64,000 nt of DNA, taken from contig OZ024745.1 in assembly GCA_964016885.1 (NCBI GenBank), positions 75,020,001 through 75,084,000 on the forward strand. The letters run 5' to 3'. The translations under genes and the position numbers were made by a program. This DNA comes from Eledone cirrhosa (taxonomy: Eukaryota). Of this stretch, positions 1 through 14,000 are shown one piece after another (the stretch's first letter is position 1; each line of letters starts with the position of its first letter). The notes beneath the pieces are model-generated. The model saw only the letters and a program-made list of their open reading frames with translations. It was not told where the DNA came from and searched no databases.

Positions 1-1699
1 AGGAGAGTGGGTGTTAATAAAATAAATACCAGTAATATACTGAAATCAACTGTCAACTAAAGCCCCACTCTGTAAAAAAAAATAACCTTGAGTCTGCCCC
101 CACCCACCCCTTTAAAAAATTGTTATTAATCTAATGGACATGTTGGAGGATCCCTATTTCAGCTGCTTGTAGTCACTGAATAAACAATTATAAAAAGAGA
201 GCTTTTTAAATTGTGAAAGAATTAAGAAATAACGTATAAAAGACTAGCTGAATGAATAAATATCATAGGATGAGCCAATGAGAGACTCTATGTAGTTGCT
301 GAATCTGCTATAAGCAACAGCTTAATATTCCTCAAATCAAACCCAACCATCTTTAAACAAAAAGGTGGAAACATTGTATAATGTATTGTTAAATGCTATG
401 GTCACAGATGGAATGCATTGGATTATATATTTGTTCAGAGTTGACTTTGGTAGAATGGTTCTTAAAAGAAGTGAGATAATTTTCTTCACTATTAACTACA
501 TAGACTTAGGAGATAGTTTAAATCTGCTGTGAGCTTAGAGGGTCATCAGGCCAGAGCTCATCCTGGTTTTATGAGGCATTGAATGAGAGTGAAAGACTTC
601 TAGATGGCTCAATTGTTTGTGGCTGGTATTTGTTTTTGTTTTTTTTCCATCCAAGTGGACTGAAGCAATGGAAAATAAAGTGTCTTGCTGAAGGATATAA
701 TGTGTTGCTGCCTGATCTGGAATTTGAACCTGTAACCTTATAATCATGAGCTCAACACCATTAGGCAACATATAGATCAATTCAAAACATCTAATATTCA
801 CCAAGAAAATGACCAACAGTATTTCTAGGCCATTTTCCTTGCTAAAGCTGGGTTTAGTCATGAAAACCCCACAGCAGGTTTCATATTCATCGTAGGGTCC
901 TTTTAAAGCAACGTTTTACAGCCAGATTCCCTTCCTGTCACCAACCTCTTATAACATGTATACATACAGTGTACCTATTCTAAACTGGACAATCAGCATT
1001 TTTTTTAAAATGACTAAAGATATAATTTTATAGAAGCCAGATATATTTCAATGGAGAGTATCCTGCAACAAACCTATTAATTTCCTTCTTACAAAAACAG
1101 GCTCTGAAAATTGCTTTAACAATGATCTGGAACTCAGATCTGTTTGGTATATTTTGATATGTCATTAATGTATGTCACTATAATACCAACACAAACTTTT
1201 CACATCATTATTTTAGTTTGAGCTATGTAATGATAATGTAAACACATACATCATCATCAGCCTCTTTTTATGTTGCCCTTCCATGCAGAAATGGGTTGAT
1301 ATTGTTCGAGTTACAGTTCTTATTCAGAGTTACTACACTCCAAGACAGGTTGGAAAACCATATCACGATCATATGTTCCAGTTTTTGGCATGATTTCTAT
1401 GGCTCGATGCCCTTCTTAATACTGACCCCTTTATAAAATGTACTGTATGCATTTTATCATGGCATTTCAAATATAAGAAAGCCTCTCGAACTGCTAGAAA
1501 TAGTGGCCAAATCTCTGTTAAATTACACTCTGCCATCTTAAAAAAGGGGAGGATACATTGGATAATGTATACTAAGATATCCCTAAAAAAGGCTGGATGG
1601 TCCTAGATAGAAAGTCTTTAATCATAGCTCTACTCAAACAGGGCTGATATGGAGCCAAACAACAATAACAAATGCAAATAATATATATATATATATATA

Positions 1700-2210
1700 T
1701 CATCACCATCATCGTCATTTTAACATCTGCTTTTCCTGCTAGCAAGAGTTGGCCGGGTCTACATAGAACAAGTCAATACTGAAGTGGGGCTACTGATTTC
1801 CCAGAAAAACCAGAGTTCTGTTGTCTTGCTTATGTATGGTCTCACATTCTACCGAGTGCACAAGAGAAGTTGTCATGTTTTTGACACAACCGAGGGTCCT
1901 TCCTTTGTTTGGCAAGTTTTCCATGACTGGATGCCTTTCCCATCACCAACCACTTTATAGTGTGTACTGGATGCATTTATCGTGTAGATCACCAAAACTA
2001 TGGAGGCTGTCATGTCCTTGACATGGCCGAAGGGTCCTCCCAGCCCTCTGTTTGACAAGCTTTCTTTGGCTGGAAGCCCTTCTCATCACCAACCATTTTA
2101 CAGCATGTACTGAATGCATTTATTGTGTAAATCACCAAGCACCAGGGAGGCTGTCATGTCCTTGAGACAACTGAAGGGTCCTCCCAACCCTTTGTTTGGC
2201 AAGCCCTCCA
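1700..2210 (-). mobile_element. Non-autonomous element with RTE-type 3' tail and internal duplication
   Basis: (CAT)n tail next to (AT)n; ggatgccyttcc tail motif; related copy at about 49467-49680. Confidence 0.6.
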
Positions 2211-3094
2211 GTCGAGGTGAAAGGTGTAGTAGGAAGTTATTTTCAAATTAGCAACCTGGTTTATATTCTTGTAATAGAATGAACTGCTAAAGATATCTAA
2301 GGATTAGATTTAAATCAGGTAGATGGAAACTAGCGACAGGACAAGCAGACAGCAGGAGGATCTTCATGCGTTTTGGCCCTTGATTCATTTCTCCTGCTGT
2401 TTTTCTCCTCCAGCATGTGAGTATGGCTTTGGTCATTACAAAGTTAGCAACTGTTCTTTAAATGTAAATGTAGTTTGAATTGTTAAAAGGTTAGCAGTTA
2501 TAGATGAGAGATAAATTTGTTTAATGACTAATGAAAACTAATAAATGATTTACAAAAGAAGCAAATCAATAATAAAGTCAGAAAGAAAAAAAGGTTATGA
2601 ACGCCTGCTCAGTTAGGGATAACATGAGGTTAAACAACAACAACAAGAACTGGAGAAAATAAGTGATTGAAAATACCAATAGTAAGATTTTTATTAGTAA
2701 ACTTGATCTAGTTTACATTTTCATACTTTTTAATAAGCCACCACTAAATCCTCCGCCTATATTTCCACCCAAACTTCTACATTTCTCCTTTATTACATGT
2801 CTTCTCAAAATCAAAGTCTAGCTGCTTTAACACGTGAATCTAAAAAAGTATTTTTGAAAATTTGTCGTACGGGAGAGGAAATAAATTAACAGCTGTTATC
2901 TCCCTTATTTCAACATCCATGAAACATGAACTTTAGATGTCCTCCTCTTGTGGTTCGTAGGACGGACAACAGTATTTGTCTAAATATTTTGCCTTTCATC
3001 CTTACGGGGTCGATAAAATAAAGTACCAGTAATTTATTGGGTAATTGCTGGCCTTGTGCCTAAAGTAGAAACAATTATTTATATTTTGTGAAAA

Positions 3095-3385
3095 CGCGTA
3101 GCTTTGTGGTTAGGGTATTCAGCTCCTAATCGTAAGTTCGATTCTTTGCGGCGCGTTGTGTCCTTGAGCAAGACACTTTATTTCACGTCGCTCCAGTCCA
3201 CCCAGCTGGCGAAAATGAGTTGTGTCTGTTATTCGAAGGGCAAAACTTGTCGCATTCTGTGTCACGCTGAATCTCCCTGAGAACTATGTTAAAGTACGTG
3301 TGTCTGTGGAATGCTCAGCCACTTGCACGTTAACTTCATGAGCACGTTGTTTCGTTGATCGTATCAACTGGAACACTCGTCGTCT
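3095..3385 (+). mobile_element. tRNA-derived SINE, family B (central CCTTGAGCAAGACACTT domain)
   Basis: A-box-like gtggttag, B-box-like gttcgattc; related copies at about 6745-7010, 8688-9030, 51728-51880 (+) and 540-775, 48460-48700, 56470-56710 (-). Confidence 0.7.
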
Positions 3386-3849
3386 CGCTTCACTTTTCAA
3401 CCGTTAAGAATTAATTAAAAAAATATGTTGCAGTACGAATGCAGCTTTTAAGTGTTAACATTTTCTCATCATTTTCATCTGTACGTTTACAGTCATTCTC
3501 ATTTAATTCTCTAAGTTCATCTGCTGCCCCTGCCTTTTACCGAAGTCTTCTAACCACCCCAGTTAATTGTCTATTTTTTGTTTTACATTGAGAACATCTA
3601 TTTCGTCCCCAGAGCCAGCGACTGGATATTTATCACCCAATGTGCCATACAATTTCTCCCAAATAAAATAATTCCAACTTATAGTTTGTTAAGATGTTTA
3701 GCGATTAATTAATTAATCGCAAAAAAATAGAAATTTAATTTGATTATATAAATTAGTATAAAACTGTGATCCTTTGGGGTCCAGCAATTCACTCCTCTGA
3801 GGTCTGCGTCCTAGGCAGCTGTATAGTTACCTTTAATTGTAGTACCAGC

Positions 3850-4470
3850 CCTGTTCACCTTACTTCTCTCCGAAGTCATCATAGGTGACATTAATGTTGT
3901 TTCCTCTTTGCTCTGGCACACCTTTCATGCAAGTACCATGTATGGAAGCTGAATTATTTGCTGTTCAAAACTACTTGCATCAGTTAATATCCTTCCCCAT
4001 CTGTGTTGCTAACGAAGATTCTCCAAACATTTTTTTTACCCATTTCTCTCCTCAGTATTGAATCATTGCCCAACCATCACTCTATTTTCTCTGATCATAT
4101 CCAGGACCTCCTAGAGAAATTTCACAAGATTGCATTCGAGGGGCTGGTGGAGGAGCTCCTCTCAAAACTTTGGAAGTGAGTTGTCAGATATTCACGAGTC
4201 ATGTCTTGATTTTTGGGGCTCCAGGCATATACCCTAATAATATCGTTTTACCACAGTTTAATTCAAGTAACCTGCCTGATAACTTCCTACTGCACAACAC
4301 CTAATCCACAAATGGTCTTGTACAGTAAGTCAACTAACTAGTCGGATAGTTGTCAGTTCTCTGTTGACTACCCTTAGCTCAAACTCTGCTTCACCTCTAA
4401 CCTACGTAAGACTGCTAACAAGGTGACTGATACTTACTTATGTTCTTCCACATCCTTCACACAAGCAAAG
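3850..4470 (+). pseudogene. Highly decayed APE-type LINE relic (Jockey/CR1-like)
   Basis: Fragmentary VIIGDINV and LHQLISFP (endonuclease-like) and KIAFEGLVEELLSKL (RT-like), with many disruptions. Confidence 0.3.
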
Positions 4471-4492
4471 CTCACATTATTCCAATACCCAG

Positions 4493-4675
4493 GGCGATGG
4501 ATTGGCAAAATCGGTAGAGCATCGGACAACATGCTTTGCAGCATAGAGTTATGGTCCTTTACGTTCTGAGTTCAAATCCCGCCGAGGTTAACTTTGCCTT
4601 TCATCCTTACGGGGTCGATAAAATAAAGCACTAGTAATGCACTGAGGCCTTGTGCCAAAAGTAGAAACAATTATT
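4493..4675 (+). mobile_element. tRNA-derived SINE, family A, with target-site duplication
   Basis: A box tggcaaaatcgg, B box gttcaaatcc; TSD attattccaatacccag at 4476-4492 and 4670-4686. Confidence 0.85.
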
Positions 4676-4932
4676 CCAATACCCAGATGGTTCACTTACA
4701 TATTACGCGAAATACAGCTACAAATAATTTCTGAATTTTTAATGAGAGTATTTAGTTAGAAAAGGAAAAGAACAATATTTTGAGATGTTTATGTATTTCT
4801 CGATGACTTTAATGCTAAAATAAACAATGAAATAAAAACGAACAATTTCATTCCAACTAATCAGATTGCTTTAGCAAGAGATACAGAGTTTCCTTTACAC
4901 CGTGTATATGGTTTTTATTTTTCCTGTGCATC

Positions 4933-5079
4933 ATGTCTGAAAGCCAAATAAAACTTTGTAAATTAATTATACGAGAGAATTTTGCAGAGACTGCTGAAAA
5001 GGTTTCTACAATTCTATTAGAATCAGGGCCTTGTGCACTTAAGTTGCTGGCTATTTATACAAGTTTAAAACTTGATCAG
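4933..5079 (+). CDS. POLR3C: POLR3C coding exon 1
   Basis: ATG at 4933, MSESQIKLC...LKLDQ, donor gtaata. Confidence 0.9.
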
Positions 5080-8000
5080 GTAATATCCCCTTTTCCGTTA
5101 AAAGTATTTGTTTTCATTCGCAGTAGAAAGATTACATTTATTTACATTATTTGGTTAAAATGTTTTCTAAATTAGACTCAGGGCCACAAATCTTTAGATG
5201 ACAAGTATAGTCGATTAAATCAACTCCAGTACTTGGTTGGAACTTATATCTAAAATACCGGAAACATCAAACAACTATTTTATCCAGCCTGTGGCATTCG
5301 AGACGTTTGGCAGAGCTGGGCCGCTGACAGCGAAGTTCTTGTCATCGTTAGCGGCTCGCCTTACAAAGGTGATACCCGTGATAGTGCATTGTTGTTTCAG
5401 CGCCTTATTCTTGCCATCACCCATAGTAATGCTGCGAACGTTGACCCTTGTGCTGTGTGGCCAATTGTCGCATTTGGTGGTTAATTGATGGTCTGTTTTG
5501 TTTGTTTTTGTTTTTTTTCACTCGCTTTGATCACACATTTTGGGGTATTATATTTGTGAGGTTCCTAGCAATAATTAATTGTATTTATTATGTGTTTATA
5601 TTTTCATTTTACACGAATTTTAAACAATTTGTAATAACATTTTAAGACACCTATTATTGATTCATAAGAAAAAAGGAAAATCGACCGAATTTAATCTCTA
5701 AACGTAAGGGTTCGTAATTAAATACCGCAAGGCCTTTTGATCGATGTTTTACCGGTTCTGTCTCTTTTTTTCAGGGGCCCATTCATGTAAATCAAAAGCA
5801 TGTCAACACGAGTTACTATACGTGTCAACATGTGCATATATGACAAAATGATTTATTTCACATGTGCTTTTACTGTTAACTACTACTATGCATCTGTCAC
5901 ACTTTCTTTTCTCTTGTTAGCCTGCATGTAATCCCACTATATTTTTGTGCACCCACAGTTTTCATTGAGTGCACTGCATGGAGTTCCTACCCACCCTTTT
6001 TCTGCATATCTAGCATGGTAATTTCCCCTGATGGTAGTAGAGTCCTGCCATCTTTCTAGTAATATTTTAGTTTATTCTGAGACTTTTCAACCCTAAGTTT
6101 TGTTTCTACATCTGGAATTTCTTCTACCAGATAGGAGTGCTTGCCATTGATTTACTAAGGAAAGGGCATCAGTCACACCTCGTCTTGGCAAAATTCCAAA
6201 CTGCATCTCACCGAAGCTTAATCTCTTCCTAATCAGTTGTAATAAAACTCTTTTTGTTACTTTCATAGGTTTGGTCCAGTGGATATATTTAATTTATGTG
6301 AAAGCATCTCTCTCTTTATGTGTGTGTATGCATTCTTTTCAATCATTCTTTGTCTCATCTACAGGTTAAAAAGGTTCTGGCTGTTCTTATAACACACCAC
6401 ATTGTAAAGTTCAATGTAAACAAGAAAGCTCTAATTGAATATACCATTAGCATAAAAGCAATTCTATCTCGTGTACGCTTTCCTAACTACATCTGTACTT
6501 CAAAAACCCTTTATGGAGATGCTGCTGAGCTTTTGGTTGAAGAACTTCTACAGAGAGGTGAAGCTACAATGGAAATTGTTGTCAGTAAAGTGACTGAACG
6601 GTTAAATGATGCTTTGGAAGCTTCTGGTAAAATATATTTAATTTCTATCTTTCCACACTTATATATTGAAACATGAACCAAATCCTATCTGAATGCTTTA
6701 AAAAGTAAAAGACACATTATATGTAGTCCTAAATATACTGTCAAGGCATGTAGCCTAATTTTTAGGGTGTTAGTTTCACGATTGTAAGATTGTAGTTTCA
6801 ATCCTCAAACTGGGCTGTGCATTATATCTTTGAACAAGACATTTCATTTCACATTGTTCCAGTTTATTCAGCTGAAAAAGTTTACCAGCAGTAACTGGGG
6901 ATTAGCTTTGCCACAGCCTGGCATCCTGTCTTGTACTCCTAGTTGCTTAACACCACATAAAACTGGGATAAGCTCCAGTCTGATGAGGCTTCAGGCTAGA
7001 GAAAGACACTTTAATTTTGACAAATATTCTGTCTGAATAAAATGATGGGATAGTCATAGTTTGAAAATCTTTGGTTTGCTTAGGCAATGCTGACCTGGGA
7101 CTAAACATCTCACCATCATCATCATAATTTTACATCTGCTTTCCTTGTTGGAATTGGTTAAACAGGTTGCAAGGCCCAAGACTAGACTGGTTGGATAACC
7201 ATGTCTTGCCTAAACTTTTCATTATTTAGCATGGTTTCTATGGCTGGATTCTCTTCCTAGTGCTAACTAAACTACTTTACAAAGTGTGCAAGGTGCATTA
7301 TATTTTGACACCAATACTACCATGTTATAGAATTCACAGGACTATTTTTAATGACACCAGCACCTCCACCTTACAGAGTGTATTTTGTGCATTTTATTGT
7401 AGCACCAGCTCTAGAGAGGTTGTCATATGCTCACCCAAACTGAAGAGTCCTCTTTATCCTATATTATCTCCATTTAATTACCGACAAGTTTACAAAGTAT
7501 ACTGTGTGCATCATGTCATGACACTAACACTAAAGATGATCTCAAATACTTGACATGTTATCTTTCTGTCTTTCTGGGGAGAAGTGGGAAATGAAGTACA
7601 TTCCATTGTCTTACCAGAGGTTGTTTTGTCCACTGTCAGTGACACAGTGATATGGACTTGATCCCTGGAAAGACTAAAACGACATAGAGTAGTGAGGAAC
7701 CTCTGAATAATATATATCAAAACGATTCACAAATTTACAGAACTGTTCAATGTTTTTGAGCAGGCCATCTTATAGTAATTATACTGTTGTTATTGTTTAA
7801 TTAAAAAATTAAATGAAACATGTAAGCAGTGTATTTTAATAGAAATATAGCAACAAAAAGGCCTAAACTAATATTGAATTGAAAATCACATTTCAAAACA
7901 TAAATGATATTATCGTTAATGTATTTTTCGTTTTGTTATTTTAGGTCATCCAAAGATTTCATCGAGTTTAGTAAAAGATAAATTTGTAAGTCTAGTTCAG

Positions 8001-11000
8001 ACACACTTCATTCAGAGATGTTTAACACCAACAAGGAATAGCGGAGGTCGGGTTATCTCCCTTGGTACACCTGACGATGCTGATATTTGTCATGTAATTC
8101 CAGGTTAGTTACTATAGTAATTTCTTAATGAAGCATGGACCTTAGGCATATAAAGGGATGCAACTCAATGCTGCTGGGTATGAACTCATGATTGAGGAAT
8201 AAAGACCTCAGTAACTTATATTAACCGTTATATTTCAGTTTTTATTTAATTCCAGGTCAGGCCTGATTGGGAAGACCTATGATCAAAGCCATTCCAGAAG
8301 TGAACATCTTGTCATCATTATCATCATAATTTTACGTACACTTTCTATGCTATCATGGGTTGGATGGGTCATCGTGTTCCACACAATATGTGGATGGACT
8401 CAGAAATAAAGGATTGCTACCGAGAACTACAGGATAATAGACTTTTACTTTTAACATCAAAAGAAGTATATGAAAAGATAGAATACATCTGTCCAGAAGA
8501 TGTGGGTGCTTTAATTGATGAAGTTACTTTAGAAATGCTTACAGGGGATTTCAATGATCCCCAGGAAGTATATAATGCATGGTGGACAAGCAGGAATTTG
8601 GGGTATTCTGACTCAACCAGTAAGGTCAGGTAACCCTAAATGTTTTAGTTTTATATCATATTTTGTGTTAATTATTTTGTGTTTTAGGCATATTACTTAG
8701 TGGTGAGAATGTTGGACTTGCAATTGTGAGATTATGAGTTTGACTCTTCGACCGGATGATGCGTTATGCCCTTGAGCAAGACACTTTATTTCACGTTGTT
8801 CCATTTTACTCAGCTGTAGAAATGAGTTGCAACGTCATTGGTGCCAAGCTGTTTTGACTGTGTTATTCCAGGTTAGTCCTTTGGACAACATCAGTGGCAT
8901 GGAGAGGGGCGATTGGTATGCATGGGTGACTCCTGGTCTTCCACAAACAACCTTGCTCGACTTGTACCTCAAAGAAGAACTTTCTAGGTGCAAATCCTAG
9001 GGTCTTTTGTGACCAAAGGAGGTCTTTTTTTATAATGATTTTATTCTTATTTCATGTTTTTATCAAATTAATCTGTTTTTATATAACTCCACACATGTAA
9101 CCTCTATGTTTATAATGTTTACTGTATCTCTATGTGCAAGCCTTTGTGGCTAATAAAGAAATTATTATTTCATTATTATTTAGTTAATACCCAGAGAAGA
9201 AGATCTGACAGTCCTCCATCTGCTAAAGCAATGAAGATCTCAGTAAGATACATCTATTCTATTGTTCATGTCTTCAATTTTACACTTTTTTTCATGCACT
9301 GTAGTTTAATAACTCTTCATGAGTCAAATTTTATAGTAGTAGTAGTAGTAGTTGTAGTGGTGGTTGGGATACTGATGGTATTTGTAGTAGTGGTAACATT
9401 GATAGTTGCAATAGTGATGATAGTAGTAGTAATTGTTTTAGTGGTTGTAGTAGTAGTAACAGTATTAGTATTTTGATGGTAGTAGTTATAACAGAAGTAG
9501 TAGAAGTAATAATATAACAGTAATAGTGATGGTGAAAATGAAAGCAAATGTTTTTAATTTCTATTATTCAGGAGAACAACACTGATACAATCTATTGGCA
9601 AGTTGACTTTGACCGTTTCCACCAACACTTCCGAGACCAAGCTATCATTTCTGCTATGGTAAACAAAATTGATAAGGTTGGTTTCTTTGACGTTTAACAT
9701 CATCATCATTGTTTTTATATCTGTTTTCTAATCTAGCATGGCTTGTATGGGGAAAAACCAATGATGGTTCTTCCCCATATGAAACCACGGTAGGGAGATC
9801 TATATATAAACGAAGTTAGAGGAAAAATACTTCTGTCTAGCTTGTTTATACTCTCGTAGAGTTTTTTCTCATTTAATTTTAATATATATATCATCATCAT
9901 CATTGATTAACGTCTATCTTCCACGTTAGCATGGGTTAGACGGGCTTGTCCCATTTAGAGGCAAGTTGGGTCAGGTGACCATGTCTCGCTCATATAGGAA
10001 TGTTTCTGGCTGGTTTTCTACAGCTGGATGCCCTTTCTAATGCCAATCACATTTACAATGTGTGCTGGGTGCTTTTTGCCGTGTCTTTTACACGACCACT
10101 TTACAGTGTGGGCTGGATGTTTTGTGGTACCAATATAATATATATATATATACACATACACACATATATCATGATAATGATATACATATATATATATATA
10201 TATTGACCCTTAGGGAGAAAAACAGGTCAGAGGACTATGTTTAGCTCACCCAGGGCAGATATTGGGTTGGTTTCTACAGCTGAATGCCCTTCCTACTGCC
10301 AACCATATTTACAGTGTGTACTGGGTGCTTTTTGTTGTGTTACCTACACGACCACATTACAGTGTGGACTGGGCACTTTTTGTCGTGACACCTACACAAC
10401 CACTTCACAGTGTGGACTGGGCACTTTTGTCATGTCACCGACAACCACCTTACAGTGGGGACTGAGCACTTTTGTCTTGGTACTCTGGTGGAGGGAGAGC
10501 TTGGGGTAATTGTGAACATAGGTAATAGGTGATGGATGGTTACCGCAAAGGGAGGGGAGAAAGTTTAGGAAGGTGTAGCCTACTAGGTATAAGCCTCAAC
10601 CTGGGAATAATTGAGGGTGGGTCTTTACAAACTTCCTCACAGTTTTCATCTACCAAATTCACTCAAAAAGCATTGCTTAGCCTGAATCTTTATTTAAAAA
10701 CCCCAAGGTGCCACACAGTGGGATTGAAACTGAAACTATGTGGTTGTAAAGCAAACTTTTTAACCACACATCCATGAGTAGATGTAAATATTGTTTAAAT
10801 GTTTTAAATCTAAAGGGGAGGTTAATAGACAAAAAAACTTCATTGTTTGTTTTTTGTTCTAAAAATTAAAATTTTATTTTTCCAGAAAGCTTCTGAAATA
10901 GTGCGAACTATGCTTCGGATTAGTGAGACAAACACAGTTGCTGATGCCCTTGTTACAACACCGATCTCCATTAATGAGGTAACTTATAATTTTTCTACAT

Positions 11001-14000
11001 TTATTATAATGATGATGACCATCATCATAATAACTGTTTCTACTTTTGGCACAAGGCCAGCAATTATCCCAGTGTATTACTGGTACTTTATTTTATCGAC
11101 CCCGTAAGTTAACCTCGGCGGGATTTGAACTCAGACCATAAAGGGCCGTAACTCTTTGCTACAAAGCATGGCGTCCGACCTTCTACCGATACTGCCAAAC
11201 CACCGCCCTCATTAAAATAATGAAAATTATTGTGTACAGTGCTCAAGTGCACTACAACCTTGAAAAATTATTGATTTTCCAACGCCCCTATTATTTGGGA
11301 CCCAAGAGTACATTAACATTACTCATCAATCACAACACGCTTGCTTCATTTCTTTCTAGTCTTTACAAATCCTTAATATTCAAGGCCAACGTTTTGCTAT
11401 CATGCAGTATCACAGTTCATACAGCATTGCAGTTCATACAAAATATCATACCGTCTACTCTTAAACTAATATCCTTATTTTTATTAGATATTCGCCAACC
11501 TTCCTAAAGAACTTGAAATCACAAAACCCATCCTTGAGCAGTATCTCTCTATCATGTGTAATGATGTAAGTAAATCTTTCTTTTTTTGTTCCAAATTTTT
11601 CTTTTTCAAATTGAAAAAAAAAATTTATGAAAACTATCAAATAATTCTGTAAATATTAGGAACTACATCTGTGTATATAGGAATGTAGCATAGTCAGTAA
11701 AATTGTTAATTAGCGTTAAGTGCATTAGTTATATTACTAAATTCTTGATTATTTAGAAAATTTATTGAAAATCATAGGCAGTGTTTTTGATTAGAAACAG
11801 TAATGAAAGGGTTAAGAAAAAAACTGTTCCAACTGTAATTCATTTTTTTTCTTTTTGTTTGTTTTCTTTTAGGCCCAGTTTGTATTCAAAGCTGCAGATG
11901 CTGGTGGAGGAATGTATGAAATAAGTATCCTTTCTAGTAAATTCTATCCTCTTTGATGTAGTGGCAAGTTGGCAGAATCGTTTATGTGTTGGATGAACTT
12001 TTAACATCCTGTACCACATAAGACCACAGTAGCAAGACATTCTTGAAAAGTACAGAACAATAATGACTGCATTACATAAAAAATTTAAGCCTTTACCCTA
12101 CTACTGCAAATTTTCACAATGTCTGTCCACTAGTAAAGATATGATAAAGATTTGAATTGTCAAACCTATTTTTAGATATTTTTGCTAAATCATCACAGGA
12201 TGTTAAGTGTTAGATGCTCTAGTGTCTGTTCCAGTTCTCTGCACTCTGAGTTCAAATCCTGCTGAAGTCAACTTTGCCTTTCATCTGTTCAGGTTGCTAA
12301 AATATCATTCCAAGAGTAGTGGACTGGTGAGATATTTACAGAATTGGATGGGATTCTTTGTGGTTTCTGACCCAGCTCTCTGCATTCTGAATAAAAATCC
12401 CATTTCCTTCTGCCAGGAGTTATGACCAGCAGATAGTATCAGCAATGGAAATATACTTTCCTTTGACCAATCTGACAACCAGCGCTTTTCTTTTTACTTG
12501 ATGTATAAAAGAAAAAACATGGTTTCTTTAATAATAAGTCATCTTGTTGGTGTTATTATTAACTTTATATATCTGTGTTGTATATTATTATAATTTTGTT
12601 CCTTAACTGATTGACACCAGATATTTATAAATCTTTGACAGAACTGTGTAAAAGTCATATCGAATCAGTTGTTCAAGAAAGGTTGGTTATTAATTTTGGT
12701 TTTGTTCTTATATCTGTTGTACATACGCATATATATATATATCATCATCATCATTTTACGTTCGCTTTTTCCTGCTTACAAGGGTAGGACAGGTCTTATT
12801 AAGCACAGCACTCTCCATTCGTCACGGTCCTTTGTCATCTCCTCCATGAGCTTCAGCGATCTGAGGTCTGCTCTCACCACCTCCGCCCATATTTTTCATG
12901 GTCTTCCTCAACTGTGTCTTCCTTCTACTGGGATTTCTTGGCACTTCTTTACCCAGCGGTCATCCGCCATCTGCATCACATGTCCATACCAACGCTGTCT
13001 TCTCTCCCGCACATTACAGCCTATCCCTCTTATACACAGTTTCTCTCTCAACTTGTCTATGTTTGGTCGTTCACGCACATTGACATTGCACATCCAATGG
13101 AGCATGTTTGCTTCATTTCTCTCCAGCTGTCGCATATCTTCCACAGTTGCTGCCCATGTCTCACTACCATTCAGCATCGCGCATCTCACACAGGCATCAT
13201 ATAACCGGCCTTTCGTTCGTAGGGCGAACTCTTCTTTGTCAACAGAGGAAGCAGCTCCCTAAACTTCTTCCAACCTGTCCTTATTCTGGATACTATGGCC
13301 TTGGAACACCCTCCTCCCTTACTAATCTGATCACCTAGGTATCGGAAGCTATCAACCACCTCTATAGGTCCTACCCGCACTTGAAAAATGTGTCTATCAC
13401 TGTTACTACTACTGTCATCTTTCCCTGTACATCTACTGCATATATATAGTTTTCCCTACCTACTAGCTTACCTGCTATCCCACTACATCTCTAGTGTACC
13501 GAAGATCTGCATTGTGTACATTTTATAGAATTTATGCCAACTCCTTTCCTACATATTGAACATGGCCATTTCCTTGATAGAATCAGAGTTTTGTCCTCTT
13601 TGCTACTTATCAACACCTTTGTCTTAGCTAGATTTACTCTCGGTCCTCTTGATTCCATAGCCAGAATTTATTCTTTAGCTCCCCTACTGATTCTGCTATA
13701 AGTACCAGATCGTCAACATAGAGAAGTTCCCATGAGCATCCAGTCTTAAACTCCTCTGTTATGGCTTGGTGGACTATAATGAACAAGAGTGGGCTGAGGA
13801 CCGAACCCTGATGTACTCCTACTTGTATCTGTAATTCCTCCCTAAACTCCATTCCTACTCTCACTTTACTGACAGCACCCCTGTACATAGCTTGCACTGT
13901 CTTCACAAGTCATTCCTCTACACTTAGTTTCCTTAGGGACCACCAGATGATAGATCAGGGTATTCTATCAAAGGCCTTCTCTAGGTCAACAAAAGTTAAG

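Noticed and set aside
3095-3160. tRNA genes at SINE heads
   Set aside because: A/B boxes are present but there is no cloverleaf, and they continue into SINE bodies
1-3800. A further gene upstream of POLR3C
   Set aside because: No recognisable exons; only SINE/RTE-tail fragments and short chance ORFs
9132-9547. Poly-Val and poly-Thr ORFs as membrane or mucin proteins
   Set aside because: (GTA)n microsatellite; only 9184-9242 is exonic
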